Positions 7,340-11,086 of a DNA stretch of 11,086 nucleotides are shown here, in pieces. Made by a program: the position numbers and the translations under genes. Position 1 is the stretch's first letter, and every line of letters begins with the position of its first letter. Under the pieces are notes generated by a model, which worked only from the letters and a program-made list of their open reading frames with translations, had not been told where the DNA came from and did no database searches. Origin of the DNA: a virus; the UHGV virus genome UHGV-0145753; one strand, given 5' to 3'.

Positions 7340-7888
7340 ATGATTTACGGTTATGCCCGAGTATCAACAAACCACCAGGACACTGAATTGCAACTAACGG
7401 CGCTCAAGTCAGCGGGTTGTGAGAAAATTTTTGAAGAGCATGCCAGCGGGAGGAAATCGAATCGGCCGGTTCTAAAACGGCTGATCGCCACTATGCAGCC
7501 GGGGGATGAACTGGTGGTCTGGAAGCTGGACAGGATAGGCCGCAACGTTCTGCATGCGCTGTTGATGTTCCAGCAGTTACAGGAAAAGGGTATCAACTTC
7601 CGCAGTATTACCGATGGCGTGGATCTCAAAACAGCCAGCGGCCGCTATAACTTTCGTAACATCCTTTCCGCAGCACAATATGAATCTGATCTTAATAGCG
7701 AACGTACCTTAGCAGGGCTGGCCGTAGCCAGGGCAAAAGGGCGAGTTGGTGGTCGCAGGCCTAAGTTCACGGATGAGCAATGGCGGGAAATGGGGGAGCG
7801 GATGGCAACCGGTGAATCACGACAAAGCGTATCAAAAACGTATGGAGTAGGGCTCTCAACTCTGTATAAAAAGTTTCCAGCTAGCTGA
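7340..7888 (+). CDS. Site-specific DNA invertase, serine recombinase of the Hin/Gin/Cin/Pin family
   Basis: AGGAGA Shine-Dalgarno 7 nt upstream of ATG 7340. N-terminus MIYGYARVSTNHQDTELQ has the catalytic Ser at position 9 (Gin: MLIGYVRVSTNDQNTDLQ) and the C-terminal helix-turn-helix ends GLSTLYKKFPAS (Gin: ALSTLYKKHPAK). About 182 aa; the upstream in-frame extension in the ORF track (from 7202) overlaps the inversion site and is not used. Confidence 0.93.
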   Translation: MIYGYARVSTNHQDTELQLTALKSAGCEKIFEEHASGRKSNRPVLKRLIATMQPGDELVVWKLDRIGRNVLHALLMFQQLQEKGINFRSITDGVDLKTASGRYNFRNILSAAQYESDLNSERTLAGLAVARAKGRVGGRRPKFTDEQWREMGERMATGESRQSVSKTYGVGLSTLYKKFPAS

Positions 7889-7909
7889 TAACGGGAAAGA
7901 AACAGAGAA

Positions 7910-7950
7910 GGGCACAAATATTGTGTACTTTAATGTGCCCTTTAATTTAT
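7910..7950 (+). terminator. Putative terminator hairpin after the invertase gene
   Basis: Perfect 7-bp stem GGGCACA (7910-7916) and TGTGCCC (7934-7940) followed by a T-rich tract (tttaatttatt). The loop is long (17 nt) and contains a TGTGTAC motif, so this could instead be a protein-binding site. Confidence 0.4.
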
Positions 7951-8113
7951 TGATTGGTGGTTGAATTGTCCGTAACTTTTTGATTTAAGTGCAAATTTCT
8001 AATAAATTAGAACACTTTCTTAAATTGTCATTTGGCATATTACGAACAATTCCGCGTAAAAACGTTCTGTTACGCTAAACCCTTATCCAGCAGGCTTTCA
8101 AGGATGTAAACCA

Positions 8114-8136
8114 TAACACTCTGCGAACTAGTGTTA
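8114..8136. repeat. Inverted repeat TAACACT-N9-AGTGTTA; candidate att core-type site pair or operator
   Basis: Perfect 7-bp arms with a 9-bp spacer, inside the AT-rich intergenic region between invertase and integrase and about 30 bp upstream of the TGTGTAC repeats. Confidence 0.3.
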
Positions 8137-8164
8137 CATTGCGTGTAGCTTTGAGTGGGCAACT

Positions 8165-8207
8165 TTGTGTACACTTTTGTGTACCCAAAAACAAAAATGT
8201 GTACCCA
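8165..8207 (+). repeat. Three direct copies of a TGTGTAC(C) motif just upstream of the integrase start; candidate integrase arm-type or regulator binding sites
   Basis: TGTGTAC at 8166-8172 (within the palindrome GTGTACAC), 8178-8184 and 8198-8204. The last two are TGTGTACCCA 10-mers spaced 20 bp apart. A fourth TGTGTAC lies at 7922-7928 in the hairpin loop after the invertase. Confidence 0.45.
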
Positions 8208-8211
8208 TTCA

Positions 8212-9405
8212 ATGATCACCGACACAAAGCTCAGGAAGGCGCTCGGCAAGAAAAGAGATGATATCGAGATTATTTCTGATTCGCACGGGCTCAACGCCAG
8301 AATCAGCCAGGCCGGAAAAATATCATTTTTCTATCGGTATCGCTGGGCCGGTAAAGCGGTAAAACTCAATGTTGGTGATTATCCTGCAATGAGTATCACC
8401 CAGGCAAGAGAGCGTCGCCAACAATTCAGAAACTGGTTAACTGAGGGACTGGATCCGCGAGAGCAGGTGAAGCTGGATAAGCAGACCCGACAGGAAGCGA
8501 TGTCCGTTGCCGAAGCGTTCAATTACTGGATTGAAAGGCACTGTATCGCTAACGGGCTAGTTAAAGTCGATTACTATCGCCAGGTGTTTGAGAAACATAT
8601 CGCCGAACCGATGAAGAATGTCAAAGTCGATAACACAGCGAAAATGCACTGGATCAACGTCTTCGATTCTATAGAAAGCAGGGTGATGGCTCATTACATG
8701 CTTTCGCTGTGCAAACGGGCGTTTAGGTTCTGCGTTAACAGAAGTGTGATCGCCTCAAACCCACTCGAGGGATTACTGCCATCTGATGTCGGGCAAAAGC
8801 CTAAAAAGAGAACTCGCAGGATGGACGATGACGATCTGCGCAAAATCTATCAGTGGTTGAAAAGCCATATGTCGATAGAGTCCGTTTTCCTGGTGAAATT
8901 TATTATGCTTACCGGATGCCGTACGGCTGAGATTCGACTTAGTGAGAGATCATGGTTTCGATTGGATGATAATGAGTGGGTCGTGCCTGCGGGCAGTTAT
9001 AAAACTCGGGTACATATTAGAAGGGGGCTCTCAGACGCCGCCGTTAACTTGGTCAGAAATCACCTCAAGAAAATAAACACCAATCACCTGGTGACTTCAC
9101 AACGTAAAATTGATGGCGGGATCAAAGATTCGCCCGTTCATTCACCTGTGGCATCCAATTACGCCCGTTCTATTTGGAATGGAACAGGTATGGCAGAGTG
9201 GTCGCTTCATGATATGAGGCGGACGATAGCCACAAATCTCTCTGAGTTAGGTTGCCCGCCGCACGTAATTGAAAAGCTACTTGGTCATCAGATGGTCGGT
9301 GTAATGGCTCACTACAATCTGCACGACTACATCGATGACCAAAAACACTGGCTCCACGTTTGGCAGAGCCATCTTGAAAGTATCATTGGTGAGCCATTCA
9401 GTTAA
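8212..9405 (+). CDS. int: Tyrosine site-specific integrase, P4-type (N-terminal arm-binding domain plus C-terminal catalytic domain)
   Basis: N-terminus [17 protein letters not shown]...[23 protein letters not shown]...[18 protein letters not shown] fits the P4-integrase arm-binding pattern. The C-terminus has the catalytic signature ([19 protein letters not shown]...AHY). Start chosen at ATG 8212; the ORF track begins at an upstream GTG (8155) that would put the repeats inside the coding sequence. No strong Shine-Dalgarno at either. Confidence 0.9.
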   Translation: MITDTKLRKALGKKRDDIEIISDSHGLNARISQAGKISFFYRYRWAGKAVKLNVGDYPAMSITQARERRQQFRNWLTEGLDPREQVKLDKQTRQEAMSVAEAFNYWIERHCIANGLVKVDYYRQVFEKHIAEPMKNVKVDNTAKMHWINVFDSIESRVMAHYMLSLCKRAFRFCVNRSVIASNPLEGLLPSDVGQKPKKRTRRMDDDDLRKIYQWLKSHMSIESVFLVKFIMLTGCRTAEIRLSERSWFRLDDNEWVVPAGSYKTRVHIRRGLSDAAVNLVRNHLKKINTNHLVTSQRKIDGGIKDSPVHSPVASNYARSIWNGTGMAEWSLHDMRRTIATNLSELGCPPHVIEKLLGHQMVGVMAHYNLHDYIDDQKHWLHVWQSHLESIIGEPFS

Positions 9406-9598
9406 TTGGCTGTTTCACACCTTCCCACTCTTTGACTGACTCCGACTTCCAGCGGTTTGGGTTACCAGGAAAATCAGGAGCAGGGAACGGCTTCGCAAAA
9501 CCCCGCGGCATAGTTTCTGTGCTTTGCCATGACCAAAGGGTTTTACGTGAGATTTTGTATCGACTGGTCAGGTCTGACGTCAGCAAAATATCATCCAT
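9398..9598 (-). CDS. AlpA/Xis-like small helix-turn-helix protein (putative excisionase or recombination directionality factor, or transcriptional regulator)
   Basis: 66 aa with GGAG Shine-Dalgarno 9 nt upstream. The pattern ...[11 protein letters not shown]...FPAP..........W....VKEW resembles AlpA (..RATIYDWL..ATFPKK......W.EAEIDEWL). It is convergent with int and overlaps its 3' end by 8 bp. Confidence 0.55.
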   Translation of the reverse strand: MDDILLTSDLTSRYKISRKTLWSWQSTETMPRGFAKPFPAPDFPGNPNRWKSESVKEWEGVKQPIN

Positions 9599-9609
9599 CG
9601 TTTTTCTCC

Positions 9610-9630
9610 AATGGCCCGTACTGGGCCATT
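9610..9630. promoter_or_regulatory. Perfect palindrome AATGGCCC-N5-GGGCCATT just upstream of the AlpA-like gene; candidate operator or mRNA hairpin
   Basis: 8-bp arms with a 5-nt spacer in the 45-bp gap between the hypothetical gene ending at 9644 and the AlpA-like start at 9598. It is not followed by a U-run on the coding (minus) strand. Confidence 0.35.
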
Positions 9631-9643
9631 TATAAAAGTAATA

Positions 9644-9886
9644 TCAACTCACCTGACCCGGCAGCGCTCGCAATCTGCGCATGCCTGTCATCGCCGTGGC
9701 CACGTAACTCGCCTTGCGGTTCACTACCTCCACCCAGACCTTCACACCTTCAACTCTCACCGTGTACGTTTCCTTCATCTTGCTGCGTCCGTAGTCGCCG
9801 TAGCGTTCGTGATGAGTGGCCAGCGCGATGTCGCATGCCTGACGCGCTATCGGGGATTGCTGATTGCCGCGGTTAATCAGTTTCAT
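9644..9886 (-). CDS. Hypothetical protein, 80 aa
   Basis: The ATG at 9886 overlaps the stop of the upstream gene (ATGA), indicating translational coupling within a minus-strand operon. No recognisable motifs. Confidence 0.45.
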   Translation of the reverse strand: MKLINRGNQQSPIARQACDIALATHHERYGDYGRSKMKETYTVRVEGVKVWVEVVNRKASYVATAMTGMRRLRALPGQVS

Positions 9887-10077
9887 GCTTCACCGCCATC
9901 TGGGTTGGATGATTGACGGAAAATTGCTCGGGACGGCGACCAATCGCAATATGTATCAGTTTCGGTATGCCCGAAAATTGTCTTACAGCGGCGGATATGG
10001 GCGCAGTCGCCGCAAGTCTTACCCTTCGGGAGTTTCATTTTGTCGGGGTCTGCCGGGTTATAATTCAGCTCAGTCAT
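9883..10077 (-). CDS. Hypothetical small Cys-containing protein, 65 aa (possible zinc-binding)
   Basis: Preferred start is the ATG at 10077, with GGAGG 8 nt upstream, overlapping the stop of the upstream gene (ATGACTGA); the ORF track extends it to 10221 in a region that overlaps that gene. Contains C-x2-C-x5-C-x12-C (CGDCAHIRRC...YC). Confidence 0.45.
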   Translation of the reverse strand: MTELNYNPADPDKMKLPKGKTCGDCAHIRRCKTIFGHTETDTYCDWSPSRAIFRQSSNPDGGEA

Positions 10078-10414
10078 TCCAGGCCTCCAGCTCGTTCTGA
10101 ATTTCCTCGTCGATCTCGTCATTGGTGGCATCATGATTGAGATATGTGAGAGCTTCTTTCCGATACTGTGCGCGGCGTTCGCTGTACCATGCTGAAAACT
10201 CAGGTGACCAGCCTCGACCATTACCCTGAAAATCTACAAGAGCGTTGTCCTCTGCCATGCGCTCAACCATGCAGTCGGCAGTTGTCAGGGCGCACTCACG
10301 GATATACCGGCGTAGATCCCGCTTGCGCCAGTACGGGCTATATTTCGAGTCGCAACGACCTTTAAATTCGACGGCCCAGCGACGGATGCAACGTGCATTT
10401 AATGATTTGCTCAT
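10070..10414 (-). CDS. Hypothetical protein, 114 aa, with an acidic C-terminus
   Basis: ORF in the same minus-strand operon, with its stop overlapping the next start. A GC-rich hairpin lies just upstream of its start. No recognisable family. Confidence 0.5.
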   Translation of the reverse strand: MSKSLNARCIRRWAVEFKGRCDSKYSPYWRKRDLRRYIRECALTTADCMVERMAEDNALVDFQGNGRGWSPEFSAWYSERRAQYRKEALTYLNHDATNDEIDEEIQNELEAWND

Positions 10415-10421
10415 CTCGTTA

Positions 10422-10443
10422 CCGGGAGGGCGAACCCTCCCGC
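10422..10443. promoter_or_regulatory. GC-rich hairpin CGGGAGGG-cgaa-CCCTCCCG in a 34-bp intergenic gap
   Basis: Perfect 8-bp stem with a 4-nt loop between the partial upstream ORF (stop 10449-10451) and the start at 10414. No U-run on either strand, so it is not a classical terminator. Confidence 0.35.
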
Positions 10444-10448
10444 CTCCC

Positions 10449-11086
10449 TCAGCCCACGTATTCCGGTTTCATATCTGCCAGGGTAATGCTGAACTTATCG
10501 TGCAGCTCGTCGCCCAGATGACGTTTCGCCGTTGCCAGAACTCGCTCAACTTCCCCGAAACGCGCTGCTGCATCCGGTTCGTCCGGAGACGGTAGGGAGT
10601 TGATCGCGGCCTCAACCTTGTTACGTGAATCAACCAGGTAATAGCGTTTTACTGCTTTGTTCTTCAGTTCGGTGAACAGGGCTGAACCCAGTGTGGCCTT
10701 CGCACTTTCGATATCAGCGCGTAGTGCTTTGGCGCTATCAACATCCTGTGCGGCATCGATGCGTTCGCGGAAACCATCTGCCAGTGAGTCGATGTTTCCT
10801 GATTTTTCCTGCTTGCTCTGCGTGGTTGTTATGGTGTCACCTGAAATTTCAGACAGGCTAACGTGTTGCGCCGGAGCAGGGTTAACTTCTCGCTCTTCAC
10901 GGCGATCATCCAGTTCATCAGGGGTATACACGCCGAGAATTACATCCGGGCAGAACAGTCTCGCCCAACGTTTCACGGCGAGATAAGCGAGCTGCTGGCG
11001 AGGGTCGTCAGCCCAAAGCGTTGAATTACGAGTCCTGGCCTGTGCCAGTAGCAGGTCAAGTTCCCTCGGTTGATCTTCACCTTTCA
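10449..11086 (-). CDS. Hypothetical protein, 5'-partial (reading frame open to the window end)
   Basis: The minus-strand frame has no stop from 11086 down to the stop at 10449-10451. The ORF-track start at 10976 is a GTG and the frame continues upstream (...LWADDPRQQLAYLA), so the gene begins beyond the window. Charged, Ala-rich, helical-looking sequence; function not recognised. Confidence 0.5.
   Translation of the reverse strand, partial: KGEDQPRELDLLLAQARTRNSTLWADDPRQQLAYLAVKRWARLFCPDVILGVYTPDELDDRREEREVNPAPAQHVSLSEISGDTITTTQSKQEKSGNIDSLADGFRERIDAAQDVDSAKALRADIESAKATLGSALFTELKNKAVKRYYLVDSRNKVEAAINSLPSPDEPDAAARFGEVERVLATAKRHLGDELHDKFSITLADMKPEYVG

Noticed and set aside
7889-8211. tRNA gene or tRNA 3' fragment as integration target in the intergenic region
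   Set aside because: I found no T-loop-like GGTTCGAATCC-type motif or acceptor-stem symmetry; the region is AT-rich and lacks tRNA-like structure.
8155-8211. GTG at 8155 (or ATG at 8197) as the integrase start
   Set aside because: These would place the TGTGTAC repeats inside the coding sequence and add a non-conserved leader; the N-terminal pattern typical of this family begins at the ATG at 8212. Not fully excluded.
8070-8294. Minus-strand ORF spanning the putative att region and the integrase 5' end
   Set aside because: Low-complexity translation overlapping the repeats and the integrase start; no start context.
9432-10595. Plus-strand ORFs antisense to the minus-strand operon (9432-9635, 9529-9876, 9611-9916, 9864-10100, 9913-10140, 10168-10365, 10245-10595)
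   Set aside because: The minus-strand genes show operon-like coupled start/stop junctions and Shine-Dalgarno sequences; the plus-strand ORFs overlap them extensively and are Arg/Ser/Pro-rich as expected for antisense frames.
1-11086. CRISPR array, rRNA or other structured RNA genes
   Set aside because: No regularly spaced direct repeats and no rRNA-like or tRNA-like sequence were seen anywhere in the window.

Overview
Apart from a library adapter at the 5' edge (10-43), the window is phage DNA on both sides of a likely attachment site. Left part: a lambdoid tail-end module (+ strand) with a 5'-truncated host-specificity protein J (44-3571), two small paralogous hypothetical proteins, a lipoprotein moron flanked by an AT-rich palindromic region and a terminator, then a Gin/Hin/Pin-type invertible tail-fiber cassette (segment about 5430-7268: tail fiber with variable C-terminus, Tfa chaperone, an inverted alternative C-terminal cassette with its own Tfa) and its serine invertase (7340-7888). 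Middle: an AT-rich intergenic region (7889-8211) with repeated TGTGTAC motifs and a small inverted repeat, the best candidate for attP. Right part: a P4-family tyrosine integrase (8212-9405, +) facing a tightly coupled minus-strand operon of an AlpA/Xis-like protein and four uncharacterised genes, the last running off the window. I recognise no novel system with confidence; the unassigned minus-strand operon next to the integrase and the paralogous pair after J are the places worth a closer look. No tRNA, rRNA or CRISPR array was seen. All calls are from reading the sequence and ORF track; no searches were run.
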